DNA of 32,000 bases from Candidatus Saccharimonadota bacterium. Lineage in GTDB: Archaea > Nanohalarchaeota > Nanosalinia > Nanosalinales > Nanosalinaceae. The notes below the pieces were generated by a model. The model did no database searches and was not told the origin of the DNA. It worked only from the letters and a program-made list of their open reading frames with translations. The translations under genes and the position numbers were made by a program. The stretch covers positions 720,001 to 752,000 of the forward strand of contig CP012986.1 of assembly GCA_001761425.1 (NCBI GenBank). The letters are read 5' to 3'. Of the stretch, positions 21,839 through 31,205 are shown piece after piece. Position 1 is the stretch's first letter. Every line of letters begins with the position of its first letter.

Positions 21839-23714
21839 AGTTGAGTCTGTTTGCGTCGAGGTTTTGTGGTGCGGATGTGTCGATGTTGAGGATTTTGTGG
21901 AGCGCGCTTGCGAGTGAGAAGCATTTGCTTTTTTCTCCGTGGTTGGTCAGGATTTTGTTGGGTGTTGAGCGCAGGTTTTTGGAAAAGTTGATGATCTGCT
22001 GTCTGTCGCTGTGTGCGGAGAATCCTGATACTGTGTAGGTGTCCAGGTTGACATCTATTCTTTCTCCGTTGATTTCTGCGGTGTCGGCTCCGTCCTGGAT
22101 TTTTCTTCCCAGGCTTCCGTCGAACTGGTATCCTACGAAGATCATTGTGTTTTTCTTGTCTTCGGCAAGGTTTTCGAGGTATGATAGTACAGGTCCGCCG
22201 GTCAGTGATCCTGAGGTGGTGAGGATGATGCCTGGTCCGCTTTCGTAGACTTCTTCGCGTTCTCTGTGGCTGCCGATTGTGTCTATGTTGTCCTGGAGGA
22301 AAGGAGAGTTTTCTTTCTCGAATACTTTCTTCTGGACTTTTTTCGATAGGAACTCTGGATAGGCTGTGTGTAATGCGTTAACATCCCGGATCATTCCGTC
22401 GATGTATACCGGGTAGTTGAAGTAGTCTCTGTCCATTTCATCTGCGAGAAGGCCTAGGACTTCCTGGCTTCTTCCTACTGCGAAGACGGGGACGATGACT
22501 TTTCCTCCTTTTTTCAGGGTCTGTTTGACTTTGGAGAGGAATTTCTTGTTTGCTTCGTCTCTGTCTGTCTGTTCGTCGTCTCTTCCACCGTACGTTGATT
22601 CTGTTATCATCGTTTCAACGCGCTGGAAGTTTGTATCTGCTTCTCTCAGCATCTCAGTCGAGTCGTAGTTGTAGTCTCCTGTGTAGAGGATGTTGTGGAG
22701 GCCTTCTCCGACGTGGAGGTGGACAAGACTTGATCCGATGATGTGACCTGCGTTTTTCAGTGTCAGACGCATGTCAGGTGTGATATCCGTGACTTCGCCG
22801 TAGTCCGGTGTGATTGTTCTCTTAACTGCTTTCTTTATAGCTGATGAATCGTACGGTGCGTCCTGTCCCTGGCTATGTGCCAGTCCGATGTAGTCGAGGG
22901 CCAACATGATCATCAGGTCTCTGGTGGGCTTTGTACAGTAAAGCGGGCCGTCGTATCCCATCTTGTAAAGATACGGGATCATTCCGAGGTGGTCCATGTG
23001 TGCATGGCTCAGGATAACGGCGTCCAGATCACGTAGATCAAGTTCCGGAGCGTTCAGGTAAGGGAAGTTTTCCTGTGTCCCCGGTTTAGCTGAAGGATCT
23101 ATACCTGCATCCATCAGTACGTTTGATTCCTCTGTCTGTACAAGGAAACAGCTTCTTCCGACCTGGCGACAGCCTCCAAGGCCTGAAATCCTTACCCATT
23201 CGTCTCCCACTCCTTTATCCAGCCTGATCTTTTTCCCGACATCATGGAGAAAGTCCTTCCTGAACTCCGGATCCTCCACCGTTAACTCACGCGCACGGTC
23301 GACAACTTTAGACTGGATCGCGGGAACTCTTTCCACCTGAGGAGACCAGAGAGTACTTTCCCTGATCTCGTCTAGGCCTGAACCATTGTTTCCTATGACT
23401 TCTCCCGGCTTCTCTGCTCTAATTATCATTTTTCCAAGACTTGGCTGCATAATAACTTCATCAAGGCCTGCTTCCTCACTTACAATGTCTTTAACTGCTT
23501 TCTTTGCCTTTTCCGCTTCGTGGAAAAGTTTTGCTGAAGGCCTTACCTCTACTCTTTTCTTGAGGTCTGAGACTATTCTTTTTACTGTTTCTGAATGGTT
23601 GAGGAAAAAGTCTTTGCTGTCCGTGTAGATGACTATGTCTGATCCTTCGAATCTGATGTCGGATACGCTTGCATCTGACGGTATGTACTTTTTTACGTCG
23701 TCTAGTTCTTCCAT
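21837..23714 (-). CDS. fttA: aCPSF1/FttA: KH-domain beta-CASP metallo-beta-lactamase ribonuclease (transcription termination factor)
   Basis: 625 aa. N-terminal KH-like region. LGGCRQVGRSCFLV, ILSHAHMDHLG (HxHxDH motif), beta-CASP region and C-terminal SGFSAHSD. Confidence 0.9.
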   Translation of the reverse strand: MEELDDVKKYIPSDASVSDIRFEGSDIVIYTDSKDFFLNHSETVKRIVSDLKKRVEVRPSAKLFHEAEKAKKAVKDIVSEEAGLDEVIMQPSLGKMIIRAEKPGEVIGNNGSGLDEIRESTLWSPQVERVPAIQSKVVDRARELTVEDPEFRKDFLHDVGKKIRLDKGVGDEWVRISGLGGCRQVGRSCFLVQTEESNVLMDAGIDPSAKPGTQENFPYLNAPELDLRDLDAVILSHAHMDHLGMIPYLYKMGYDGPLYCTKPTRDLMIMLALDYIGLAHSQGQDAPYDSSAIKKAVKRTITPDYGEVTDITPDMRLTLKNAGHIIGSSLVHLHVGEGLHNILYTGDYNYDSTEMLREADTNFQRVETMITESTYGGRDDEQTDRDEANKKFLSKVKQTLKKGGKVIVPVFAVGRSQEVLGLLADEMDRDYFNYPVYIDGMIRDVNALHTAYPEFLSKKVQKKVFEKENSPFLQDNIDTIGSHREREEVYESGPGIILTTSGSLTGGPVLSYLENLAEDKKNTMIFVGYQFDGSLGRKIQDGADTAEINGERIDVNLDTYTVSGFSAHSDRQQIINFSKNLRSTPNKILTNHGEKSKCFSLASALHKILNIDTSAPQNLDANRLN

Positions 23715-23808
23715 AATATCGTTCTCTTGTGTTTAGCTGTAAAGTATCGTGTTGAACTGTTGAGATAGGAAAATTAGGGGGAGAAGAAAGGGAAGTAAGG
23801 ATATCAGT

Positions 23809-24465
23809 TTATTTGAGAACTGATTCTACTTCTTTCTCCTCGAGTACGCTGTAGCCGTCTTCTGTGATCTCTGCGACCATGATTCCGTTTCCGGAAGCTG
23901 TGTCTCTTTCCATCGCGGCCTGTACAGCACGTGAAGCGATCTTTCTTCCTTCTCCGTGGTCAAGATCGTCTTCGTAGTTGTCCTCGAGGACTCCGAACGC
24001 CATCTGGCTTCCGGAACCTGTCGCTGTGAAGCCTTCGCCGTGAGGCATAAGGCCTCCTGCAGGGTCAAGGCTGTAGAGAACTCCTTCTCCATTCTCCTTG
24101 AGGCCTCCGAGGATGAACTGGTTCATGAAAGGCATCATCTTGTTGCCGTGAAGAATGTTCGAAAGCAGTGTTCCTGCTCCTTTAACGGAAAGTTCCTTTG
24201 TCTCAAGCTTGTGGAGTTTCAACTGAGATTTCATGATCCTGACGATCTTCTGGGCATCGCCAACGCTTCCAGCAATCGTAAGGCCTAGATTGTCATCCAG
24301 CCTGTAGATCTTTTTCGCATGCTTGTTACTTACCAGGCGTCCTCCCAGAGCAGCTCTTTTATCCGCTGCCAGGATGACACCGTCTTCCGTAGTAAGGCCT
24401 ATAGTAGTAGTACCGGTTTCAAACTCTTCCATCTCCTTTTTCATCTGCATTTGTTCATTCTGCAT
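23809..24465 (-). CDS. psmB: Proteasome subunit beta (with propeptide)
   Basis: MQNEQMQMKKEMEEFETG|TTTIGLTTEDGVILAADKR has the catalytic Thr after a short propeptide. I chose ATG at 24465. The upstream extension in the ORF track is implausible. Confidence 0.9.
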   Translation of the reverse strand: MQNEQMQMKKEMEEFETGTTTIGLTTEDGVILAADKRAALGGRLVSNKHAKKIYRLDDNLGLTIAGSVGDAQKIVRIMKSQLKLHKLETKELSVKGAGTLLSNILHGNKMMPFMNQFILGGLKENGEGVLYSLDPAGGLMPHGEGFTATGSGSQMAFGVLEDNYEDDLDHGEGRKIASRAVQAAMERDTASGNGIMVAEITEDGYSVLEEKEVESVLK

Positions 24466-24558
24466 AATAGTATCACGCTCTCCAGAAAAATCTGTGAGCC
24501 AAAAAAATCCAACTCCTGTAGAACAAAAAGGCCTCTTCAACTTTAAATAGGTGACTTC

Positions 24559-25836
24559 TCAATGCTCGAACTTCCCGACCCGGGACTGGACCGCCTTGAA
24601 AACCTCCTCTCTATCAACTGTCTGTAAGACACCGTCTTCAACCACCTTTTCACCATTCACGTAGACTTCTGAGACATCGCCGTCAAAACTGTAGACAAGG
24701 TTAGAAACGACTCCTCTGGCCCGGTAGAAAGGCCTCATTGAGGGCTGTTTCAGATCGATTGTAACCAGGTCTGCTTTCTTTCCTTCCTCTATGCTTCCTA
24801 CCCTGTCGTCGATGTTCAGGGCCTTGGCTCCCTTGATCGTCATCATGTCAAAGATTTCCTGCTCTGTAAGTGCCTCGGGATCCTGTTCCTTGTGGATCAG
24901 GGCGGAGAGTTTGGCCTCGTCAAAAATGTTCAAACTGTTGTTTGAGGCAGGTCCGTCTGTTCCAAGGCCTATGTCGAGGCCTCTTTCCTCAAGTTCTATT
25001 ATGTCTGCGCGTCCGCTTCCCAGTTTCATGTTCGCTGCGGGGTTGTGTGCGAGGCCTGTCTTGGTCCTCTGTAGTCTCAGCATGTCGTCTTCTGTGAGGT
25101 GTGTTCCGTGGGCTGCGATGACTTTTTCGTCCAGTATTCCGAGTTCGTCGAGGTACTCTGTCGGTGTCATACCTCTTTCCTCGAGCATGTCATTGTTCTC
25201 CTTCTCTGTCTCCGAGAGATGGATGTGGTAAAGTGTATCGTATTTTTCCGCTAATTCCTTAGCATTGAGTAAGAGATCTTCAGAACATGTATATACGGAG
25301 TGAGGAGCTACTCCAATATCGATCGTATCGTGGCCTGCGTATTCTCTGATCAGGTCTTCAGCCCCATACATATCTGCTTTATCCTCTATATCGGTGAGGC
25401 CTTTCGAGAGAACTGCTCTTATCCCTGTATCCTCTACTGCGTCGGCGACACTTTCCATATGGAAGTACATGTCGTTGAAGGTTGTCGTACCTGTCTCCAG
25501 CATCTCTATCGATGCTAGAACTGTTCCGAGATATGCGTCGGTCTCCTCGATATCCTCTTCCGCCGGGAAAATATAGCTTTCCAGCCATTCCTGGAGATTC
25601 GTGTTGTCCGAGATCCCGCGTAACAGAGTCATGGAAGAATGGGTGTGTGCGTTGACAAGGCCTGGAATCACGACTTTTTCCGAGCAGTCGATTACCTCTT
25701 CCGGGTTGATGAAGTCTGTGAGGCCTCTTCCGATCTCGTAGATCTTGTCTTCGTGTATGAGAACGTCGACGTGTTCCTTTATCTCCCTTTCTTCATTCTG
25801 GGTTACGAGGAACCTCACGTTTTTGAGCAACTTCAT
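24559..25836 (-). CDS. mtaD: Amidohydrolase, MTA/SAH (5'-deoxyadenosine) deaminase MtaD-like
   Basis: VIPGLVNAHTHSSMTLLRG, HIHLSET, AHGTHL and GLGTDG are the metal-binding motifs of the chlorohydrolase/deaminase family. I chose the start at MKLLKNVRFLV (25836). Confidence 0.65.
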   Translation of the reverse strand: MKLLKNVRFLVTQNEEREIKEHVDVLIHEDKIYEIGRGLTDFINPEEVIDCSEKVVIPGLVNAHTHSSMTLLRGISDNTNLQEWLESYIFPAEEDIEETDAYLGTVLASIEMLETGTTTFNDMYFHMESVADAVEDTGIRAVLSKGLTDIEDKADMYGAEDLIREYAGHDTIDIGVAPHSVYTCSEDLLLNAKELAEKYDTLYHIHLSETEKENNDMLEERGMTPTEYLDELGILDEKVIAAHGTHLTEDDMLRLQRTKTGLAHNPAANMKLGSGRADIIELEERGLDIGLGTDGPASNNSLNIFDEAKLSALIHKEQDPEALTEQEIFDMMTIKGAKALNIDDRVGSIEEGKKADLVTIDLKQPSMRPFYRARGVVSNLVYSFDGDVSEVYVNGEKVVEDGVLQTVDREEVFKAVQSRVGKFEH

Positions 25837-26050
25837 AACAAAGGTCGGGGGACTGAACTTTAATAGGGTCTTGGCAGTCAAGCCTGGAGGCCTCAGGTGG
25901 TCTATGCGTTTCCTTTAAATTAGTTGTTGAACTAGGGTTAAAGTATGCGCCATGCATCAACCAAGGGTGGACGCGTTCTACCCGGGAAGGTACGCATCTA
26001 AGTTTTCAAAACCTGTAGTTAATACTGAATTCTTCTCTGAGTGGTACTGA

Positions 26051-27787
26051 ATGTCAGCTGACAGCAGTGAGGGCCTTGTGTACAGTGAGGTTCTTGAAGA
26101 GTTTACCGAGGATTTTGCCTCGAACTTTGAGGATAACACTGCTCCGACGGGAATGGGGATAGAGTCAGAGATCCCTAATGTCAGAGCAGAGGACGGTATC
26201 ATGCCGCTCGCCGACCAGTATCAGGGCATTATCAGTGAAGGCCTCTGGGAAAGTATTGAGGAGGAACTTGAGGAAAACGTTGAGGGATACGGCGAGGACT
26301 TCAGCTTCGAGTTCGAAGGAGTCAAGGAGAAAGGCCATTTCGAGGATATGCCAGCAGAGATGAATATCGGGATCGCTGAAAGCCCGGATGAAGTGATTGA
26401 TACCCCTGCGGTTGACTGGGAGATAGGGCCTCAGATCGAGAACGATTCAGGTGCTTTTCAGATCGATGGAACCGGTAATTTCGGTACTCTTCTTGATGTA
26501 CTTGAATCTGTGAAAGCAGGTACCCGGAAGTACATGGCCCAGAATCATCCAGAGATTGTTCCTGCGGATCAGGGCCTTACAAGACAGTTCCGTGAACCAG
26601 GAGAGGTTCCTGACGAGGTCGAAAGACTTGATGGTGAAGGCCAGAGAGATGTAGTCAAAAGAGGTGTAGGACAGGATTATGGCCGGGATGAGGCCCTGGA
26701 GTTTATCGAAAATTTCTACGATCATTTCAGTTCTATCGAGTACTGTGCGGATTATATCGGTACTATCTTCGGCCCTCAGATAATGGAGAACATGTTTGGA
26801 GGTTCGACGCAGCTTACGTCAGGCCTCTGGCATGAAGGTGATGAAGAGATAGATCTTGATGAGCGGGTCAGCGAGGAGATGGCGTACAGGATTATATTCG
26901 AAGCAGGTTTCGACGCGCTCGCATCTAACGTCTACGAAGAAGAGGAAGGAATACCTGAGAGAAAGGTAGGAGTGAACCAGGATTACTGGGAGGCCTCGGC
27001 CTATGCTCAGCATTTCCTTGACGATGCGGATGTCGATGAGGATGCTCTTGGCCGCACAGGAACTCCATGGGAAATGATCCAGACAGTGGTTGAAGAGGAT
27101 GAATCCTTCCAGGCGATGGTTGATCATTACATGACAGAGCACAACATGGCCTGGATAACACCTCCGGAGGAAGAACACGTAGAGTTCGAGGATGGAACTC
27201 CTGAAGGATTCGATTACGAAAGTGTTGCCTTGCTTGCTGTAGACCCTGATAATCCAAAGACTCCGAGAGAATACATCGAAGACGATGAGGTAAAGTTCTC
27301 CAAAGTCGTCAGCGATGAGGAAGGAGGCTTTGAAAAGGTCACCGGAACAGTTGATCTCTCCAGCATGGACGAGGAATCAGCAAAGCAGTATCACAAGGCC
27401 AACTTCTCCCAGGTTCATATCGGAGGGATGCACCACGATGTAAGGCCTAAATTTAGCACTGGAGGTTTCGAGTACAGGAATGCACGCCAGAACTACGATG
27501 CCGAGCCTAGCGTTGCGATCGCCAAGGCCTCAGTTATGCCTCACGGAGATAAAATCGTAGACGTGATGCAGGATTACGGTATTGATCCTATGGATCCTGA
27601 GACTGTTCCCGACTACGATGACAAAGAGGCCTGGACTGAGATCTTCAGCGAGGTATACGATGATGAAGTAGTAGAGACTGCTGAAGAGATGGCACCGGCT
27701 TACGTGGACGAGTTCCAGACCTATGTACAGAAAAGGCTTTCAGATCCCTCGGAAATCATGAGCGGTATCGACCAGACAAAGGTATGA
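26051..27787 (+). CDS. Large acidic protein with divergent carboxylate-amine ligase (GCS2/YbdK-like) motifs, paralogue 1
   Basis: GMGIESEI (GxExE). WEIGPQIENDSG (xQIE). FGGSTQLTSG in place of the GxHVHVG box. HDVRPKFSTGGFEYRNAR, compare WDIRPSPHFGTVEVRVMD in E. coli YbdK as I recall it. Confidence 0.45.
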   Translation: MSADSSEGLVYSEVLEEFTEDFASNFEDNTAPTGMGIESEIPNVRAEDGIMPLADQYQGIISEGLWESIEEELEENVEGYGEDFSFEFEGVKEKGHFEDMPAEMNIGIAESPDEVIDTPAVDWEIGPQIENDSGAFQIDGTGNFGTLLDVLESVKAGTRKYMAQNHPEIVPADQGLTRQFREPGEVPDEVERLDGEGQRDVVKRGVGQDYGRDEALEFIENFYDHFSSIEYCADYIGTIFGPQIMENMFGGSTQLTSGLWHEGDEEIDLDERVSEEMAYRIIFEAGFDALASNVYEEEEGIPERKVGVNQDYWEASAYAQHFLDDADVDEDALGRTGTPWEMIQTVVEEDESFQAMVDHYMTEHNMAWITPPEEEHVEFEDGTPEGFDYESVALLAVDPDNPKTPREYIEDDEVKFSKVVSDEEGGFEKVTGTVDLSSMDEESAKQYHKANFSQVHIGGMHHDVRPKFSTGGFEYRNARQNYDAEPSVAIAKASVMPHGDKIVDVMQDYGIDPMDPETVPDYDDKEAWTEIFSEVYDDEVVETAEEMAPAYVDEFQTYVQKRLSDPSEIMSGIDQTKV

Positions 27788-27812
27788 GGCCTCCAGGCCT
27801 CTCCCAACCCCT

Positions 27813-27838
27813 GGTTTCTCCCCCGGAGCCTAGAAACC
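27813..27838 (+). terminator. Inverted repeat GGTTTCT-12 nt-AGAAACC downstream of 26051..27787
   Basis: 7-bp stem read directly. Only TTT follows, so terminator function is uncertain. Confidence 0.25.
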
Positions 27839-28064
27839 TTTAAAAACGTTAAAGGCCGAAGTAAGTTTAAGATGTCACTGACTGACCACGAAAACATTTC
27901 AGCAGATGGTTTGGTCAGTCTTATCGCTATCATTATTATCTCAATTATTGTATAGAGAGGCCTAACCCCTGAAACGGAGTGTAGAAGCGGGACGGGCCTC
28001 AGAGGAAAAATTAACTTAGTCCAGTTTCTACGCTCCACCAGAACAACTCGGTGGAACAAAAAGT

Positions 28065-29987
28065 ATGTCGGCAAGCACTAAACAAACGCAGCAAAACGTG
28101 AAACAGTCCCTCAGCTCTACCTGGGACCAAAACCATAGAGAAAACAGCATCTACAACGTCGGAGCAGAGGTAGAGGACCTCCTCTTCCACAGGAACAGGG
28201 AACCGGTGGACAACCAGATCACGGAGAGAGTTCTCAGGAATATCGTGGAGAAAGAGGATGCTGAGGCCAAGGAACAGGTTATCGACGGCGAAAAAAGACT
28301 TCTTGGCACGAAATTAGAAGATAAAAGATTCCAGAAACACGAGGACTTCGCTGCGGAGATAGATACTGATTACCATCCTGCTCAAAGCGAGATCGCAACC
28401 GAGGTATTCCAGAACCCTGCCGACATGGCCTTCAGGACAGAGAACCTCCGCTACCTGAGAGACAGGAACCTTCCCGACAAAGTATCAAGCCACAAAATCG
28501 GAATGTTCCCGGACATGTCACTGCTACAAAAAGATCCTGAACACCTGGCAAGGCCTAAAAAGCGTTACAAAGGCCTTAGTTCCAGGCACGGAGAGGCCTT
28601 CGGCTCGATGGGATGGATCGGTGCCACACAGTTGAATACAGGAAGCCCGGCAGGTGAGGAGATGAGGACGGAAGAGTTTTTCCACAGCTTCTTTGACGGA
28701 GGAGAACAGCCTTCAATGCTTGATGTAGTCCCGGCTGTAGATCCTCTGTTCGCCTCGGATCCTGTCTTCGAAAAAAACGATGATTTATATGAGACGGTCG
28801 CGGAAGGCGGAAGAGACATGGTTTATGACCTGTTCGTCTCTAAATCTCCTGCAGTTTTAAGAAGAGGTACAGAACGCTGGGGAGATGTACTCGACGAAGC
28901 CCTGCCGACCAACGAAAACTACGGATACATAGAAGATTTGAGAGGCCTCGAAGATCAGGAAGACTACCTTGATATGGCTATGGAAAGGCCTATGATTCTT
29001 TCACCGGAGATAGATGCTTCAGATGTCGAAGTACTTGATCCTGAGACCCGTGAACCGGTCGGGAGCTTCGAAGACGTATACGGCGAGGATTCTACATGGG
29101 TGATGCCAGGCCTCTCAGAGGTTGAGGAGTCAACAGTCACTTTCGAGCAGTTCCTGGAGGACGAGATGTACCTGGGAGAAGTTCTTGTAGATGGAGAGAT
29201 GAAGCCGGTGAAAGTCGATCACAGCGACATGGAAGATGAGGAATTCACCGAGCTGGCAGGCCTCGGTCCTGAAGACGGAGCAGGTTACTTCAATTTCCAC
29301 AACACTTTTGTCAGGCCTGATGTGGCTCCGAAGAACAACGGAGTCGTCGAGTTCCGTTCTTTCTCCAACAGCGACAGGAGCTACGAGGCCTTGCTGACCC
29401 AGAACAGTTTGATGCATGTCTACCAGGATGTGCAGGAGCTTTTCGCAGGTCATGGTTTGACAAGTGATAATTCCCTGGAGTTCCGTGAGGATGCGAAGCG
29501 TAGAGGCCTTGATGCCGAGCTTCCTTCGGGAAGTACGGTTCAGAGCGTATATGAGAATGAGCTTGTGGATGTTCTATCTGAAGGTGTCAGGGAGAGCTTT
29601 TCCGGCGAGACTCCTTACTCCATGGAGGTTGTACTTGAAGGCGCGGATAGTTACGATGACTTCGGCGATTATCTTCAAACAGAGTTCAACGATCTCTCCG
29701 ATTTCGCCGAGTATACCGCGGTCGCGTTCGAAACCGGTGTAAGGCCTGAACCCGGCGAATATTCAGGTGAAGAGCACCGTGAAGAACAGGAGAAGTTCGT
29801 GGACTGGTTTGTAGATACCTACAGAGAAACCATGCATGAGTACCTGGAAGATGAGTTCAAAGGAGACAGCTACGACACGAGAAACTTCCAGACAGAGTCG
29901 AAGAAGCTTGAAAAAGCTGTTAACGAGGGAGGCCTCAAGAAGATGCTTGAAGTCACAGCAAGGCCTGAAACCGGAGAGGCAAGATAG
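28065..29987 (+). CDS. Large acidic protein with divergent carboxylate-amine ligase (GCS2/YbdK-like) motifs, paralogue 2
   Basis: NVGAEVEDLL (GxExE). HPAQSEIATEVFQNP. KIGMFP. IGATQLNTG in place of GxHVHVG. FVRPDVAPKNNGVVEFRSFSNSD. Motif order is the same as in 26051..27787. Confidence 0.5.
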   Translation: MSASTKQTQQNVKQSLSSTWDQNHRENSIYNVGAEVEDLLFHRNREPVDNQITERVLRNIVEKEDAEAKEQVIDGEKRLLGTKLEDKRFQKHEDFAAEIDTDYHPAQSEIATEVFQNPADMAFRTENLRYLRDRNLPDKVSSHKIGMFPDMSLLQKDPEHLARPKKRYKGLSSRHGEAFGSMGWIGATQLNTGSPAGEEMRTEEFFHSFFDGGEQPSMLDVVPAVDPLFASDPVFEKNDDLYETVAEGGRDMVYDLFVSKSPAVLRRGTERWGDVLDEALPTNENYGYIEDLRGLEDQEDYLDMAMERPMILSPEIDASDVEVLDPETREPVGSFEDVYGEDSTWVMPGLSEVEESTVTFEQFLEDEMYLGEVLVDGEMKPVKVDHSDMEDEEFTELAGLGPEDGAGYFNFHNTFVRPDVAPKNNGVVEFRSFSNSDRSYEALLTQNSLMHVYQDVQELFAGHGLTSDNSLEFREDAKRRGLDAELPSGSTVQSVYENELVDVLSEGVRESFSGETPYSMEVVLEGADSYDDFGDYLQTEFNDLSDFAEYTAVAFETGVRPEPGEYSGEEHREEQEKFVDWFVDTYRETMHEYLEDEFKGDSYDTRNFQTESKKLEKAVNEGGLKKMLEVTARPETGEAR

Positions 29988-29988
29988 G

Positions 29989-31107
29989 ATGAAGACAGAA
30001 GAACTGGCAAAAGAACTGATGAAGTACGAGACAGTTTCACCAATCGAAAACCCGGATGCATTCCAGTTCCTGAAAGGAGTACTGGAGGACGAGGGAATAA
30101 ACGCAGAGATCAGGGAGATAAACGGCGTCTACAACCTTGTAGCAGAGACCGGAGATCCTGAAGCAGAAGAATCAGTCTGTCTCAACGGCCACATGGACGT
30201 AGTGGAACCAGAGGGAGAATGGAGCATCACAGAACCGTTTGAACCCGTAGAGGAAAACGGAAAGCTCTACGGCAGGGGAGCAGCCGATATGAAAGGTGCG
30301 CTAGCCGCCCAGACCAAGGCCTTCATCGATCTACACCGCGACAGCGAGTTCAACGGCCGGGCAGTACTGATGGCAGTAGGAGACGAAGAGATCGGAGGAT
30401 TCGACGGCTCCAAGGTACTGGCAAACGAATACAGCGAAAAAGGAAAGGGCTTCGACCATGTGATAGTCGGAGAACCAACAGACCTGGACTTACAGGTCGG
30501 AACAAGAGGCCTGTTCTGGGCAAACGTCTACCTGAAAGGAGAATCTGTTCATGCGACAAGGCCTCACCTCGCAGAGACGAATACAATGGAAAAACTGCCT
30601 GAAGCCCTGAAAAGACTGGGGAACCTGGAGATGAGCTTTGAAAACGATGGCCCTCTGCCTGATCCTTCCTCAGAGGTTACGATAGTCGAGTCAACCGATA
30701 CCTACAACAGTATCCCTGCCGAGGTCAAGATAGGCATGGATTTAAGGTATCTTCCAGGACAGAAAGTTGATGAAGTAGTCGAAGATATAGAAAACAGTCT
30801 TGAAGGCCTTGAAGTCGATGTCGAAGTTGAAGTTGAACAGGATCACGGCGGAGACTTCAAATTAGAGGATGAAAAGTTCAGAAACACTGCTTTCAATGTT
30901 CTAATAGAGGTCAGAGGTGAAGAACCGGAGCAGATTACTTCTGGAGGTGCCTCAGATGGGCGTTTCTTCTCGAACAATGGAACACCGTTCATAGAGCTGG
31001 GTGTCAACCAGGAATCAGTCCACGGCGAAAACGAGTACTGTACAGTAGATAACCTGAAGAAACTGAGAAAGGCCTACTTCGATATCAGTAAAAGAATGGC
31101 GGGGTAA
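29989..31107 (+). CDS. M20 family metallopeptidase/deacylase (ArgE/DapE-like)
   Basis: CLNGHMDVVEP, GRGAADMKG, GDEEIGG and GGASDG are M20 metal-binding and catalytic motifs. ATG 29989 lies 1 nt after the upstream stop. The track start 29836 overlaps the previous gene and is rejected. Confidence 0.75.
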   Translation: MKTEELAKELMKYETVSPIENPDAFQFLKGVLEDEGINAEIREINGVYNLVAETGDPEAEESVCLNGHMDVVEPEGEWSITEPFEPVEENGKLYGRGAADMKGALAAQTKAFIDLHRDSEFNGRAVLMAVGDEEIGGFDGSKVLANEYSEKGKGFDHVIVGEPTDLDLQVGTRGLFWANVYLKGESVHATRPHLAETNTMEKLPEALKRLGNLEMSFENDGPLPDPSSEVTIVESTDTYNSIPAEVKIGMDLRYLPGQKVDEVVEDIENSLEGLEVDVEVEVEQDHGGDFKLEDEKFRNTAFNVLIEVRGEEPEQITSGGASDGRFFSNNGTPFIELGVNQESVHGENEYCTVDNLKKLRKAYFDISKRMAG

Positions 31108-31205
31108 AAAATTTGTCTATCTCAGGCCTCTAGCTTTTTTTGCTTTCTGTTTAAAAAGTTTCGCGGATATCTTCTTGTTATAAAACGAGGGAGGTTTTTG
31201 GATTT

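Noticed and set aside
25837-26050. Possible structured RNA in the 214-bp divergent intergenic region between the mtaD-like gene and 26051
   Set aside because: Only short, imperfect complementary segments were found by eye. AT-rich TTTAAATT-type boxes suggest it is simply a divergent promoter region.
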